DNA of 64,000 bases from Phocaeicola sp. (lineage in GTDB: Bacteria; Bacteroidota; Bacteroidia; Bacteroidales; Bacteroidaceae): positions 21,245 through 85,244 of the forward strand of contig JBOFMR010000130.1 of NCBI GenBank assembly GCA_051658485.1, in the 5' to 3' direction. Under the pieces are notes generated by a model. The model searched no databases. It was not told the DNA's origin and saw nothing but the letters and a program-made list of their open reading frames with translations. Position numbers and translations under genes: made by a program. This document shows positions 1 to 10,478 of this stretch, piece by piece; position 1 is the stretch's first letter; the number at the start of each line of letters is the position of its first letter.

Positions 1-1302
1 ATTGAACCGAAAATAGATGTAGGGATACTCTTTCAACCCACAATCCGCTTTGCTCTCAATACACTTTATACGTTTGAGGGGAATAGATACGTAGGAGAGT
101 TTGAGGCAAAAATAGAAGGTGGGAAGATCCTGTTTGAAGGAAAGCATTACGATGAGATTCTACTTGAATCTGATGAAAATGATTCATCTTTTGTTTTGCA
201 TGATGTTGTTATTGGCATCGGCTTTCATTGGGAAAGGAGAGAAGATCAGCGTTTCAGAGGTAGTCTGAAATTTATTGTAGAGAAGAATCATCTGGCAGCA
301 ATCAATATTTTGTTTATTGAGGAGTATTTGAAAAGTGTTATCTCGTCAGAGATGAGTGCTACTAGCTCAAAAGAGTTATTAAAAGCACATGCTGTTATCT
401 CCCGAAGTTGGTTGTTGTATCAGATTTACAAAAGAACCCAGATAGAATCATCTAGCCATAACTATGTGTCGGATACTAAAACGAAGAGTGAGTGGATAAA
501 ATGGTGGGATCGGGAAGACCATCTAAACTTTGATGTTTGCGCAGATGATCATTGTCAGCGCTATCAAGGGATAACACGGGCTTCGCACTCCTTAGAAATG
601 GTGGAAGAGGCCGTTGAAGAGACCCGAGGGGAATTACTCATGTACGGTGGAATCATTTGTGATGCTCGTTTCTCAAAATGTTGTGGTGGAGTGGTTGAGG
701 AGTTTCAGAACTGCTGGGAGCCGGTTTCATATCCTTATCTGACAACACTGTACGATGGGGATAAAAATGAGCTCAGAGAGATAGCAGATTTGACAAAAGA
801 AGAGGAGGCGGAGAGATGGATACGTAGTGCTCCGGCTGCTTATTGCAACACAAAGGATAAACATATTTTGAGTCAGGTTCTGAATAATTACGACCAAGAG
901 ACAACTGACTTTTATCGTTGGAAAATCTCTTATTCTTTCGCCGAGATAGCTTTGTTAATCCAAAGACGAGTTGGATGGGATTTGGGTGAGATAACGAACC
1001 TTATTCCTCGCGAAAGAGGTAAATCAGGGCGAATAACAAGATTAGAGATACAAGGGACGAAAGATAATCTGATTGTAGGTAAGGAGCTACTTATCCGAAA
1101 AGTGCTGTCTGAATCTCATTTATACAGCTCGGCTTTTGTGGTAGATAAATCTGATTCAGGGTTTGTACTTACTGGAGCTGGTTGGGGACATGGAGTGGGA
1201 CTTTGCCAAATCGGAGCAGCTGTGATGGCAGAAAAAGGATTTCAGTACAGAGATATTCTTGCGCATTACTTTCCCAAGAGTGAATTAAATCGACAATATT
1301 AA
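1..1302 (+). CDS. SpoIID/LytB domain protein (peptidoglycan lytic transglycosylase-like), 5' end truncated by the window
   Basis: Frame is open from position 1. It carries SpoIID motifs: YLKSVISSEM, LKAHAVISRS, FDVCADDHCQRYQG, and C-terminal GAGWGHGVGLCQIGA...ILAHYFP. Confidence 0.88.
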   Translation: MEPKIDVGILFQPTIRFALNTLYTFEGNRYVGEFEAKIEGGKILFEGKHYDEILLESDENDSSFVLHDVVIGIGFHWERREDQRFRGSLKFIVEKNHLAAINILFIEEYLKSVISSEMSATSSKELLKAHAVISRSWLLYQIYKRTQIESSSHNYVSDTKTKSEWIKWWDREDHLNFDVCADDHCQRYQGITRASHSLEMVEEAVEETRGELLMYGGIICDARFSKCCGGVVEEFQNCWEPVSYPYLTTLYDGDKNELREIADLTKEEEAERWIRSAPAAYCNTKDKHILSQVLNNYDQETTDFYRWKISYSFAEIALLIQRRVGWDLGEITNLIPRERGKSGRITRLEIQGTKDNLIVGKELLIRKVLSESHLYSSAFVVDKSDSGFVLTGAGWGHGVGLCQIGAAVMAEKGFQYRDILAHYFPKSELNRQY

Positions 1303-1323
1303 CTTATACTAAAATAACCAACC

Positions 1324-2661
1324 ATGAAAGATTTTGTAAAAGTTGAATCAATAGAGGATAATGCAAGTGCTAAAAGTTCTAGAAAGAGAGCTTGGATGTG
1401 GATTCCAACCCTCTATTTTGCTCAGGGCTTACCTTATGTTGCAGTAATGACAATAGCCGTAATTATGTATAAACGGTTAGGATTATCGAATACGGATATA
1501 GCCCTTTATACAAGCTGGCTCTATTTACCATGGGTGATAAAACCCTTGTGGAGCCCATTTGTGGATTTGGTAAAAACGAAAAGATGGTGGATCGTGACTA
1601 TGCAGTCATTCATTGCTATTGGTTTTGCCGGGATAGCCTTTTTTATTCCAACCAGCTTCTATTTGCAGGCAACATTGGCTTTTTTCTGGTTGTTGGCTTT
1701 TTCTTCAGCCACGCACGATATTGCTGCCGATGGCTTTTATATGTTGGCATTGGGAACAGGCAATCAATCTTTTTTTGTAGGTATCCGTAATACCTGTTAT
1801 CGCTTTGCTACTATCTTTGGACAGGGAATTCTTGTTTGGTTGGCAGGAGCATTAGAAAAAGGGGTGATTTTTCCTTCAACAGCCAATAATATTCCGTTGG
1901 CATGGTCGCTTACATTTATGGTTCTAGCAGGATTATTTATAGCTTTCACGCTTTATCATAAAGTTGCATTGCCTCGTCCGGTGGAGGACTATTCTCGCGC
2001 TGAAGTAACTCCGGGCAGATTGATCGGTGATTTTTGGAGGACATTTACCTCTTATTTCCAAAAAAAGGATCTTGGCTTAATCTTCTTTTTCTTATTAACC
2101 TATCGATTGGGTGAAGCACAGTTGAGTAAACTTACATCACCATTCTTATTGGATAGCATGAGCGATGGTGGTCTAGGGCTTGATACATCTGAAGTAGGGA
2201 TTGCCTACGGTACTTTTGGGGTGGCAGCTCTTTTGGCTGGAGGTATTGTTGGTGGTTTTCTTGTTTCAAGAGATGGCTTTAAAAAATGGATTTTACCTAT
2301 GGCGTTAGCTATTAATATTCCAGATATACTCTATGTCTATATGGCAGCTTTTCAGCCTGGTAATTATAGTGTTGTAATCAGTTGTGTGGTTGCTGAACAG
2401 TTTGGTTACGGCTTTGGCTTTACAGCCTATATGTTGTATCTAATCTATATTGCAGCTGGAGAGCATAAAACAGCACATTACGCTATTGGTACGGGATTTA
2501 TGGCTCTTGGTATGATGCTTCCAGGTATGATGGCTGGTTGGCTTCAGGAGATGATGGGCTATACAAACTTCTTCTGGTGGGTATGTATCTGTACATTACC
2601 AGGTATCTTTGCAGCCTATCTAGTGATGAGGAAAATAGAACCAGAATTTGGTAAAAAATAG
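1324..2661 (+). CDS. ampG: AmpG-like MFS permease (muropeptide uptake)
   Basis: About 12 TM segments; motifs LYFAQGLP, LPWVIKPLWSPFVD, SATHDIAADG typical of the AmpG family; lies in a murQ locus. Confidence 0.75.
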   Translation: MKDFVKVESIEDNASAKSSRKRAWMWIPTLYFAQGLPYVAVMTIAVIMYKRLGLSNTDIALYTSWLYLPWVIKPLWSPFVDLVKTKRWWIVTMQSFIAIGFAGIAFFIPTSFYLQATLAFFWLLAFSSATHDIAADGFYMLALGTGNQSFFVGIRNTCYRFATIFGQGILVWLAGALEKGVIFPSTANNIPLAWSLTFMVLAGLFIAFTLYHKVALPRPVEDYSRAEVTPGRLIGDFWRTFTSYFQKKDLGLIFFFLLTYRLGEAQLSKLTSPFLLDSMSDGGLGLDTSEVGIAYGTFGVAALLAGGIVGGFLVSRDGFKKWILPMALAINIPDILYVYMAAFQPGNYSVVISCVVAEQFGYGFGFTAYMLYLIYIAAGEHKTAHYAIGTGFMALGMMLPGMMAGWLQEMMGYTNFFWWVCICTLPGIFAAYLVMRKIEPEFGKK

Positions 2662-2877
2662 ATGTTAGAGTTACTTGTGAAATAATTAGGTGTAACTCTT
2701 TTTGTTGTAGGTGCTACTATTGGCTATCTACATAAGGGGAATAGGGGAGGTTTAATTACCAACCTAAACGGAATGGACAGAAAACTTTAAAGTACTACTC
2801 AATGGGATGATATCAAAGCATACGACCATAAGGATGAGGGAACTCTTAAAGTAAAATCAGATAACGATTGGCTCTAG
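2662..2877 (+). pseudogene. Possible degraded small ORF with two in-frame TAA stops
   Basis: ATG directly follows the AmpG stop. The frame reads MLELLVK*LGVTLFVVGATIGYLHKG...DRKL*STTQWDDIKAYDHKDEGTLKVKSDNDWL*. Confidence 0.3.
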
Positions 2878-2924
2878 AAATAGGGATAGAACAGAATATT
2901 AATAATTACTAATATCATATACAT

Positions 2925-4106
2925 ATGAGACAACAGCCTAAAAGACTTTTATCATTGGATGTGTTGAGAGGTATTACGATTGCAGGAATGATTATGGTTA
3001 ATAATCCTGGAACATGGGGCACCATGTATGCACCGCTGAAGCATGCACAGTGGAATGGGTTGACTCCGACCGACTTGGTCTTTCCATTCTTTATGTTTAT
3101 TATGGGAGTTTCGATGTTTCTTTCCCTCTCGAAGTTTAATTTCCAATGCTCGACTGATTTTTTGAAAAAGTTGATAAAACGAAGTGCAATCATCTTTTTT
3201 ATAGGAATAGCTATTGGATGGTTTTCAATCGTATGCCATTCTCTATTTGATATAGGAAATACATCTCAGACCATGTGGGAACGGCTTGTATCTAACCTAT
3301 TTCCTTATGAACGGATTCGTATATTGGGCGTAATGCAACGATTGAGCCTATCCTACCTCTTTGCATCATTGATTATCGTAACTGTTCCAATAAAACAGAT
3401 TGTTAAAGTAATAGTTGGGATGTTGATATTTTACTTTTTGATTCTTCTTTTCGGGAATGGGTTTATCCTTTCAGAAGATAATATCGTTTCGGTTGTTGAC
3501 AGAGCTCTGCTTGGAGTTAACCACATGTATAGAGAAACGTTGCCAGATGGCTCCCTCATCTCTTTTGAGCCTGAGGGGGCTCTGAGTACAATTCCATGCA
3601 TTGCACATGTACTCATTGGATTTATGTGTGGTAAACTGATGAAAGATAATCCAGATATAAATACCAAGGTTGAGAAATTACTTCTTTGGGGTACAATTAT
3701 GGCATTTAGTGGTATGCTCCTCTCTTACGGTTGTCCTGTGAATAAGAAGATATGGAGTCCTACTCTCGTCTTATTAACCTGTGGATTTGCATCTCAGCTA
3801 TTGGGTGTTTTGATATGGATTATCGATATAAAAGGGAAAAATAGATGGTCTATCTTTTTTGAAACATTTGGTGTTAATCCATTGTTTATTTATGTGATGG
3901 GGACACTCCTTTCTATTTTGTTTGGTAGCATACGTTTCTGGTCAGGAGATGAAGTTGTAAGTATTAAAGGCTCTCTCTTTAATCTACTCCAATCTCTCTT
4001 TACTGACATCTATTTCGCTTCATTCTTCTATTCAGTCTCCTTTGTCGCACTAAACTGGCTGATTGGTTCTTATCTATATCGACGTAAAATTTATATAAAG
4101 ATATAG
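2925..4106 (+). CDS. DUF5009/HGSNAT (NagX)-like multi-pass membrane protein
   Basis: Motifs RLLSLDVLRG, HAQWNGLTPTDLVFPFF, GVMQRL, FEPEGALSTI, PVNKKIWSPT are characteristic of heparan-alpha-glucosaminide N-acetyltransferase-like proteins. Confidence 0.85.
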   Translation: MRQQPKRLLSLDVLRGITIAGMIMVNNPGTWGTMYAPLKHAQWNGLTPTDLVFPFFMFIMGVSMFLSLSKFNFQCSTDFLKKLIKRSAIIFFIGIAIGWFSIVCHSLFDIGNTSQTMWERLVSNLFPYERIRILGVMQRLSLSYLFASLIIVTVPIKQIVKVIVGMLIFYFLILLFGNGFILSEDNIVSVVDRALLGVNHMYRETLPDGSLISFEPEGALSTIPCIAHVLIGFMCGKLMKDNPDINTKVEKLLLWGTIMAFSGMLLSYGCPVNKKIWSPTLVLLTCGFASQLLGVLIWIIDIKGKNRWSIFFETFGVNPLFIYVMGTLLSILFGSIRFWSGDEVVSIKGSLFNLLQSLFTDIYFASFFYSVSFVALNWLIGSYLYRRKIYIKI

Positions 4107-4193
4107 GAACAATAACGAAAACTTAAGACTAAATAGAGATGCTTTTACTCTTATGTAATAGCGTAAAATATATAACATAAAAATAATCTAAAT

Positions 4194-5033
4194 ATGATAT
4201 TAATTGCAGATAGTGGTTCTACAAAAACGTCATGGGCTCTTGTGGATCAGGGAGGAATGGTTTTTGAATATACAACGTTGGGAATTAATCCTTTCTTCCA
4301 AACATGCGAAGAGATTCATGAGGATTTGAATGAAAATCTTTTTCCCAAAATAAAGCAGATTAATGTAGATGAGATATTCTTTTATGGAGCGGGATGCGCT
4401 ACACCTGAAAAGAAAGAGGTCGTAGCAACTGTATTGAGAGCCTTTCATCCCCAGGCGATAATAAATGTCGAAAGCGATCTCCTTGGTGTAGCTAGGTCAT
4501 TGTGTAAAGCAACGCCTGGAATAGCTTGTATCCTTGGTACGGGTTCTAACTCCTGCTTTTATGATGGAGAAATGATTACTCAGAATATCTCTCCTTTGGG
4601 ATATATTCTAGGTGATGAAGGTAGTGGTGCGGTCTTAGGAAAATTGTTTGTTGCAGACTGTTTGAAGAATCAGATGCCTGCACGTATTGTAGAGCGATTC
4701 TACAAGCGATTTGATCTTACTCCAGCTATTATTATGGATAAAGTCTATAGACAACCCTTTCCGAATCGCTTTCTTGCCACTCTTTCAATCTTTCTAAGTG
4801 AAAATATATCGGAACCAGAAATAGAAAGTCTGATTTACAAAGGATTTATCGACTTCTTCAATCGCAATGTGAAGCAATACGATTATGAGAATTATTCGGT
4901 TAATGTTGTGGGTTCGGTAGGGTACTATTTTCTCGAAATATTGAAAGATGCGGCTGAGGAGACAGGTATAACCATAGGGACAGTTGAAAGAAGTCCGATG
5001 GCTGGATTAATTGAATATCACACTAAAAAATAA
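4194..5033 (+). CDS. BadF/BadG/BcrA/BcrD-family sugar kinase (MurNAc/GlcNAc kinase, MurK-like)
   Basis: ILIADSGSTKT phosphate-1 motif, ACILGTGSNSC, LGDEGSGA; adjacent to murQ. Confidence 0.8.
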   Translation: MILIADSGSTKTSWALVDQGGMVFEYTTLGINPFFQTCEEIHEDLNENLFPKIKQINVDEIFFYGAGCATPEKKEVVATVLRAFHPQAIINVESDLLGVARSLCKATPGIACILGTGSNSCFYDGEMITQNISPLGYILGDEGSGAVLGKLFVADCLKNQMPARIVERFYKRFDLTPAIIMDKVYRQPFPNRFLATLSIFLSENISEPEIESLIYKGFIDFFNRNVKQYDYENYSVNVVGSVGYYFLEILKDAAEETGITIGTVERSPMAGLIEYHTKK

Positions 5034-5040
5034 AAAAAAG

Positions 5041-5865
5041 ATGGCTTTTCAGAAAATAACAGAATCATCATCATTGTACAATGATCTTGATCAAATGTCC
5101 GTGTCGGAACTGCTTTACAATATCAACCAAGAAGATCAGAAAGTTTCGCTAGCAGTTAAAGAGGTAATCCCTCAGATTGAAAAATTGGTTGAAGCGATTG
5201 TAGAACGGATGAAACAAGGTGGACGCATATTCTATTTAGGGGCAGGTACCAGCGGACGATTGGGCGTGTTGGATGCTTCGGAGATTCCTCCGACTTTTGG
5301 GATGCCAAATAGATTGGTTATTGGTCTGATTGCAGGTGGTGAAAAAGCTCTACGCAACCCAATAGAGGCGGCAGAAGATAATCCTGAACGATCTTGGGAG
5401 GAGTTGGAGGCTTATGGTATTAATGAACTGGATACAGTTATTGGCATTGCTGCTTCTGGAACAACACCTTACGTGATTGGAGCCTTGGAAAAGGCTCGTG
5501 AAAGAGGTATTCTTACAGCTGGTATATCTTGCAATCCTGACTCTCCTGTTTCGCTTGCAGCTGAAATTGCTATTGAACCAATAGTGGGACCTGAATTTGT
5601 AACAGGTAGTACACGTATGAAATCTGGTACAGCTCAAAAGCTGATTTGTAATATGATTACAACTTCAACAATGATTCAGCTTGGAAGGGTAAAAGGAAAT
5701 AAGATGGTCAACATGCAGTTGACAAATAAAAAGTTAGTTGATCGTGGTGCTCGTATGATTGTTGAAGAGACGGGACTTGAATATGAACAAGCAAAGAACT
5801 TACTGCTTCTTCACGGTTCTGTAAAGAAAGCAGTAGACAACTTTCATTTGAAAAAGAAGTGCTAA
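5041..5865 (+). CDS. murQ: N-acetylmuramic acid 6-phosphate etherase
   Basis: Motifs GAGTSGRLGVLDASE, AASGTTPYV, GPEFVTGSTRMKSGTAQK, GNKMV. ATG start taken at 5041. Confidence 0.95.
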   Translation: MAFQKITESSSLYNDLDQMSVSELLYNINQEDQKVSLAVKEVIPQIEKLVEAIVERMKQGGRIFYLGAGTSGRLGVLDASEIPPTFGMPNRLVIGLIAGGEKALRNPIEAAEDNPERSWEELEAYGINELDTVIGIAASGTTPYVIGALEKARERGILTAGISCNPDSPVSLAAEIAIEPIVGPEFVTGSTRMKSGTAQKLICNMITTSTMIQLGRVKGNKMVNMQLTNKKLVDRGARMIVEETGLEYEQAKNLLLLHGSVKKAVDNFHLKKKC

Positions 5866-5987
5866 TCGTAAATTTAGATTTAGTTATTCAATTTAATCAG
5901 TTTATTGAAACTTAAAATAGGGTATAAAGCGTGGGGCGATTAAACGTATTTTGTAGGGCAAAAGTAGCTAATATGGAACGCTTTTCG

Positions 5988-5995
5988 TAATTTTG
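5988..5995 (+). promoter_or_regulatory. Bacteroidetes -7 promoter box upstream of valS
   Basis: TAATTTTG matches the TAnnTTTG consensus ~75 bp before the valS ATG. Confidence 0.7.
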
Positions 5996-6070
5996 CACCC
6001 AATTCACTGAAACTCCCTTTCTAAAGGGGGCTTCGGGTTAACTGATTATTATTTAAACCAATTACATAAA

Positions 6071-8713
6071 ATGGAATTAGCAAGTAAGTACAACCCCACG
6101 GAGGTGGAAGGAAAATGGTACCAGTATTGGCTGGACAATAAACTATTTAGTTCAAAACCAGATGGCCGCGAACCTTATACTGTCGTCATTCCTCCTCCCA
6201 ATGTTACTGGAGTGCTTCACATGGGGCACATGCTTAACAATACCATTCAAGATATTTTGGTACGTCGTGCCCGTATGATGGGTAAGAACGCCTGTTGGGT
6301 ACCAGGTACTGACCATGCATCGATTGCTACCGAAGCTAAAGTGGTAAACCGTTTGGCACAACAAGGTATCCAAAAGGCTGATCTTACACGCGAAGATTTC
6401 TTGAAACATGCGTGGGAGTGGACCGACGAGCACGGAGGCATTATCCTAAAACAACTTCGTAAATTAGGGGCATCGTGCGACTGGGATCGTACCGCTTTCA
6501 CTATGGATGAAGTTCGTTCGGAGAGTGTAATCAAGGTGTTTATTGACCTTTATAACAAAGGGTTGATTTACCGCGGGGTGCGTATGGTGAACTGGGATCC
6601 ACAAGCCCTTACTGCACTATCGGATGAAGAGGTAATCCACAAAGAGGAGCAAAGCAAATTGTACTACCTTCGTTACAAGGTAGAGGGCGATGCTGAAGGG
6701 CGTTATGCGATAGTTGCTACCACGCGTCCAGAAACCATTATGGGTGATACAGCGATGTGTATCAACCCCAATGACCCGAAAAATGAGTGGTTGAAAGGCA
6801 AGCGTGTAATTGTTCCCTTGGTAGGACGCTCTATCCCAGTTATCGAAGATGACTATGTAGACATTGAGTTCGGTACAGGTTGCTTGAAAGTGACACCTGC
6901 ACACGATGTGAATGACTATATGTTGGGCGAAAAGTACAACTTGGATACGATTGATATCTTTAACGACAACGGTACTTTAAGCGAAGCAGCGGGTCTATAT
7001 GTAGGTATGGATCGTTTCGAGGTACGCAAGCAAATTGAACAAGATTTGCAAGCAGCTGATTTGTTAGAGAAAGCAGAAGCATATACTAACAAAGTAGGTT
7101 ACTCAGAGCGCACCAACGTAGCCATTGAGCCTAAACTCTCTATGCAGTGGTTCTTGAAAATGGAGCACTTGGCACAAATCGCTTTGGAGCCCGTTATGAA
7201 CGACGATATCAAGTTCTATCCTGCCAAATATAAAAACACCTACCGTCACTGGATGGAGAACATCAAGGATTGGTGTATCAGTCGTCAGTTGTGGTGGGGA
7301 CATCGCATTCCAGCTTACTTCCTTCCACAAGGGGGTTACGTGGTAGCTGCTACCGAAGAGGAGGCTGTGAAATTGGCACAAGAGAAGAGCGGTAACCCTG
7401 CACTTACCCTTGCCGACCTTCGTCAAGACGAGGATTGTTTGGATACCTGGTTCTCATCGTGGTTGTGGCCTATCTCGTTGTTTGATGGTACCAACAATCC
7501 GGGCAACGAAGAGATGAGCTACTACTACCCAACAAGTGACTTGGTAACAGGTCCAGATATTATCTTCTTCTGGGTAGCGCGTATGATTATGGCGGGTTAC
7601 GAATACGAAGGAAAGATGCCATTTAAAAATGTATACTTTACGGGTATCGTGCGCGACAAGCAAGGACGCAAAATGTCTAAATCACTCGGTAACTCACCCG
7701 ATCCATTGGATTTGATTGAGCAATTTGGGGCCGATGGGGTACGTATGGGTATGATGTTGGCAGCGCCTGCAGGTAACGACATCCTATTCGATGACAACCT
7801 TTGCGAACAAGGACGTAACTTCAACAACAAAATATGGAATGCCTTCCGCCTAGTAAAAGGATGGGAAGTGGCCGATATTGAGCAACCTGAATATGCCAAA
7901 CTAGCTACTGAATGGTTCGACAACCTATTGGTGAAAGTAACGGCTGAGATGGATGACTTGTTTAGCAAGTATCGTTTGAGCGAAGCGTTGATGGCGGTTT
8001 ACAAACTATTCTGGGATGAGTTCTCAAGCTGGTACCTAGAGATGGTGAAACCGGCTTACGGTCAGCCTATCGATGCTACGACTTATGCAGCTACGCTTCG
8101 TTTCTTCGATGCGTTGTTGAAACAACTTCACCCCTTCATGCCATTCATTACCGAAGAGTTGTGGCAACACATTTACGACCGTAAAGAGGGCGAAAGCTTG
8201 ATGGTGGCACAAATGGAGCGCTATGCAGATAGAGACCTAGAGGCATCGACTGCCATGGTTCAAATCTTCAACAAGTTGAAAGAGGTGGTAAGTGGTGTAC
8301 GTACCGTACGTTTGCAAAAGAATATTGCCCAAAAAGAGGCGTTAACGCTAGAGGTGATAAATGCCGATGCTGAGGTAATGGCTTACAGCGCAATCATCAA
8401 GAAGCTTTGTAACCTAACGGAAGCGGCTGTGGTAACAGAGAAACCCGAAGGAGCAGCTTCATTCATGGTGGAGACGACGGAATATTTCGTGCCACTAAAT
8501 GGTATGATTGATGCCGAAGAGGAGATCAAGAAGCTTGAGACAGAGCTGAAGTACCAAGAGGGATTCCTTATCAGCGTACAAAAGAAACTTAGCAACGAGA
8601 AGTTTGTGGGTAAAGCACCTGCAGCGGTTATCGATGGCGAACGCAAGAAACAAGCGGATGCAGAGAGCAAGATTGCTTCGTTGAAGGCTAGCATTGCTTC
8701 GTTGAAGAAATAG
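6071..8713 (+). CDS. valS: Valine--tRNA ligase
   Basis: [13 protein letters not shown] (HIGH), [21 protein letters not shown]-terminal coiled coil with KLSNEKFV. Confidence 0.98.
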   Translation: MELASKYNPTEVEGKWYQYWLDNKLFSSKPDGREPYTVVIPPPNVTGVLHMGHMLNNTIQDILVRRARMMGKNACWVPGTDHASIATEAKVVNRLAQQGIQKADLTREDFLKHAWEWTDEHGGIILKQLRKLGASCDWDRTAFTMDEVRSESVIKVFIDLYNKGLIYRGVRMVNWDPQALTALSDEEVIHKEEQSKLYYLRYKVEGDAEGRYAIVATTRPETIMGDTAMCINPNDPKNEWLKGKRVIVPLVGRSIPVIEDDYVDIEFGTGCLKVTPAHDVNDYMLGEKYNLDTIDIFNDNGTLSEAAGLYVGMDRFEVRKQIEQDLQAADLLEKAEAYTNKVGYSERTNVAIEPKLSMQWFLKMEHLAQIALEPVMNDDIKFYPAKYKNTYRHWMENIKDWCISRQLWWGHRIPAYFLPQGGYVVAATEEEAVKLAQEKSGNPALTLADLRQDEDCLDTWFSSWLWPISLFDGTNNPGNEEMSYYYPTSDLVTGPDIIFFWVARMIMAGYEYEGKMPFKNVYFTGIVRDKQGRKMSKSLGNSPDPLDLIEQFGADGVRMGMMLAAPAGNDILFDDNLCEQGRNFNNKIWNAFRLVKGWEVADIEQPEYAKLATEWFDNLLVKVTAEMDDLFSKYRLSEALMAVYKLFWDEFSSWYLEMVKPAYGQPIDATTYAATLRFFDALLKQLHPFMPFITEELWQHIYDRKEGESLMVAQMERYADRDLEASTAMVQIFNKLKEVVSGVRTVRLQKNIAQKEALTLEVINADAEVMAYSAIIKKLCNLTEAAVVTEKPEGAASFMVETTEYFVPLNGMIDAEEEIKKLETELKYQEGFLISVQKKLSNEKFVGKAPAAVIDGERKKQADAESKIASLKASIASLKK

Positions 8714-8788
8714 AGAGTTACTTGGATTGCCTACGCTAGGATTGCCTTGAGTGATTAAAGCGTGGCTGTGAGAAGTAAGAAGAAGAGT

Positions 8789-8847
8789 TTCGGGTCTCTT
8801 TAATTGGTATTTAAGCAATGTTTAAATACCAATTAAAGAGACCCGAA
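8789..8847. terminator. 26-bp perfect inverted repeat, likely a bidirectional terminator
   Basis: TTCGGGTCTCTTTAATTGGTATTTAA-gcaatgt-TTAAATACCAATTAAAGAGACCCGAA between convergent genes. Confidence 0.75.
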
Positions 8848-8863
8848 CTGGTTTTATTAGCTT

Positions 8864-9163
8864 CTATTTATTTTGTTCTTGGTCAATTGTAAATGCTTTA
8901 ATTAGAAATAAGATGCCTCCTGCAATGTCAATGGGTATCCATATGGACTTATTTAATAGGTAAATGGGAATTAAAGGGTTCAGTAAGATGGCTAGTAAGC
9001 CAAATGATAGTACCCAGAAATTTATCCCATTTTTTAATTCGGTTGAAATGGTAGCAACAGAACCAATGGTGATAATAATTCGTAGAAAGGTATAGAAACC
9101 ACTTGGTAAATTAGCGATGCTTAGAAAGAGAATCCCAGCACAAACAAGTAATAATTGCTTCAT
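8864..9163 (-). CDS. Small membrane protein (DUF6804-like)
   Basis: Motifs LPSGFYTFLRIII, ILLNPLIPIYL, WIPIDI match the pattern I recall for this 4-TM family. Confidence 0.65.
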   Translation of the reverse strand: MKQLLLVCAGILFLSIANLPSGFYTFLRIIITIGSVATISTELKNGINFWVLSFGLLAILLNPLIPIYLLNKSIWIPIDIAGGILFLIKAFTIDQEQNK

Positions 9164-9401
9164 AGATTTGTTAGATGTTTATTTAAAATTAGTCGTGTGA
9201 ATCAGTGTTGTTATTAGAGATGTTTTCCTTCTTCTTCTCAAATCATTAATGGCCCGTTAAAAATTCATTGAAATAAAAATCAGATCACAACCTTGTTTAA
9301 TCGTACTATAGTCTAGGTATGGTCGCAATGAATTTGTCATCCAACGCACATCCGCTATCGAATCCATTTCAAAAGCTTTGCAAAGTGCATCTCTCGAACT
9401 G

Positions 9402-9494
9402 TTAGATGCACCAATCTCTACAAATATAGAAAATTAGTTTCAAATAGTATAACGCCTCGTTGATAGCTTTTAAGCCATCCTGTTTTTTTAGTTG
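9402..9494 (-). repeat. 93-bp promoter-containing module, copy 1 (copy 2 at 11941-12033)
   Basis: Ungapped by-eye alignment to 11941-12033; includes a minus-strand TAnnTTTG box at 9421-9428. Confidence 0.55.
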
Positions 9495-9587
9495 GTATAT
9501 CTACTTCTCTCTTCAAATCTATATAAAATTATTTTTTTTGCCTATCTTTGTGCTCTTTTTATACGATACTAAATAAAATAAGACAAG

Positions 9588-10376
9588 ATGCTTTTACCAA
9601 AAGAAATTGTAGCATATGCTTCAAAATCAGCCCTTGAGAAGGGAAAGTATAATATTCGAAAGACGCTAGTACTGAGTTTTCTTGCAGGTGTATACATAGC
9701 AATGGGTGCGTTGTTATCTGTTGTTGTTGGTTACGGTTTTCCAGGACTATCAGCCGATAATCCGGCGTTGACTAAGTTGTTAATGGGTGTGACATTTCCA
9801 TTGGGATTAATCTTGGTGGTGCTCGCAGGTGGTGAACTCTTTACCGGCAATTGTGCCTACTTTATACCAAGTGTTATGAATAAAGAGCAATCTTGGAAAT
9901 CTGTTTTAAGAAATTGGAGCTTGGTATGGAGTGGCAATTTTATAGGTGTGCTCTTTTTTGCCTTTTTTCTAGTGGCAATTCCTGGATTGTTGCATTATGA
10001 GCCATGGCATACAGGTATACAAAAAATAGCCATTGCTAAAACATCAAATCCTTTTTTGATTACTTTCCTTAAGGGGGTAGGTGCAAATTGGATGGTCTGT
10101 TTGGCAATGTGGTTGGGGATGTCTGCTAAAGATACAACGGGTAAAATCATTGGTATTTGGTGGGTTGTGATGGCTTTTGTTACATTGGGATACGAACACT
10201 GCATTGCAAATATGTTCTTTATACCAATGGCTATGTTTGAAGGATCAGATATTACCATTTCTACGATGTTTGTTAAAAATCTAATTCCTGCAACTTTAGG
10301 AAATATCGTAGGTGGCGCTCTGTTTGTAGGTGGATTCTATTGGTACTCCTTCGATAAGCTAGGAGGAAAAAAATAG
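9588..10376 (+). CDS. Formate/nitrite transporter (FNT) family channel
   Basis: Motifs FPLGLILVVLAGGELFTGN, GNFIG, KGVGANWMVCLA, EHCIANM, TLGNIVGG; promoter box TATCTTTG at 9543-9550. Confidence 0.95.
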   Translation: MLLPKEIVAYASKSALEKGKYNIRKTLVLSFLAGVYIAMGALLSVVVGYGFPGLSADNPALTKLLMGVTFPLGLILVVLAGGELFTGNCAYFIPSVMNKEQSWKSVLRNWSLVWSGNFIGVLFFAFFLVAIPGLLHYEPWHTGIQKIAIAKTSNPFLITFLKGVGANWMVCLAMWLGMSAKDTTGKIIGIWWVVMAFVTLGYEHCIANMFFIPMAMFEGSDITISTMFVKNLIPATLGNIVGGALFVGGFYWYSFDKLGGKK

Positions 10377-10410
10377 GTGCAAACATCTCTTCGCATACTT
10401 GACACAATAA

Positions 10411-10446
10411 TAAAAACGGTTAGTACTTTTGTGCTGGCCGTTTTTA
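10411..10446 (+). terminator. Rho-independent terminator after the FNT gene
   Basis: AAAAACGGTTAGTAC-tttt-GTGCTGGCCGTTTTT stem with G-U pairs, followed by a T-rich tail. Confidence 0.65.
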
Positions 10447-10478
10447 TTTGTTTTTAAATTCGATCTTCTTTTACCGCT

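Noticed and set aside
8673-8707. Direct repeat ATTGCTTCGTTGAAG at the valS 3' end
   Set aside because: Encodes IASLK twice in the coiled-coil tail; a trivial coding duplication.
6071-8713. valS looks more GC-rich than its neighbours (possible horizontal transfer)
   Set aside because: Explained by codon bias of a highly expressed core gene; no mobility signatures.
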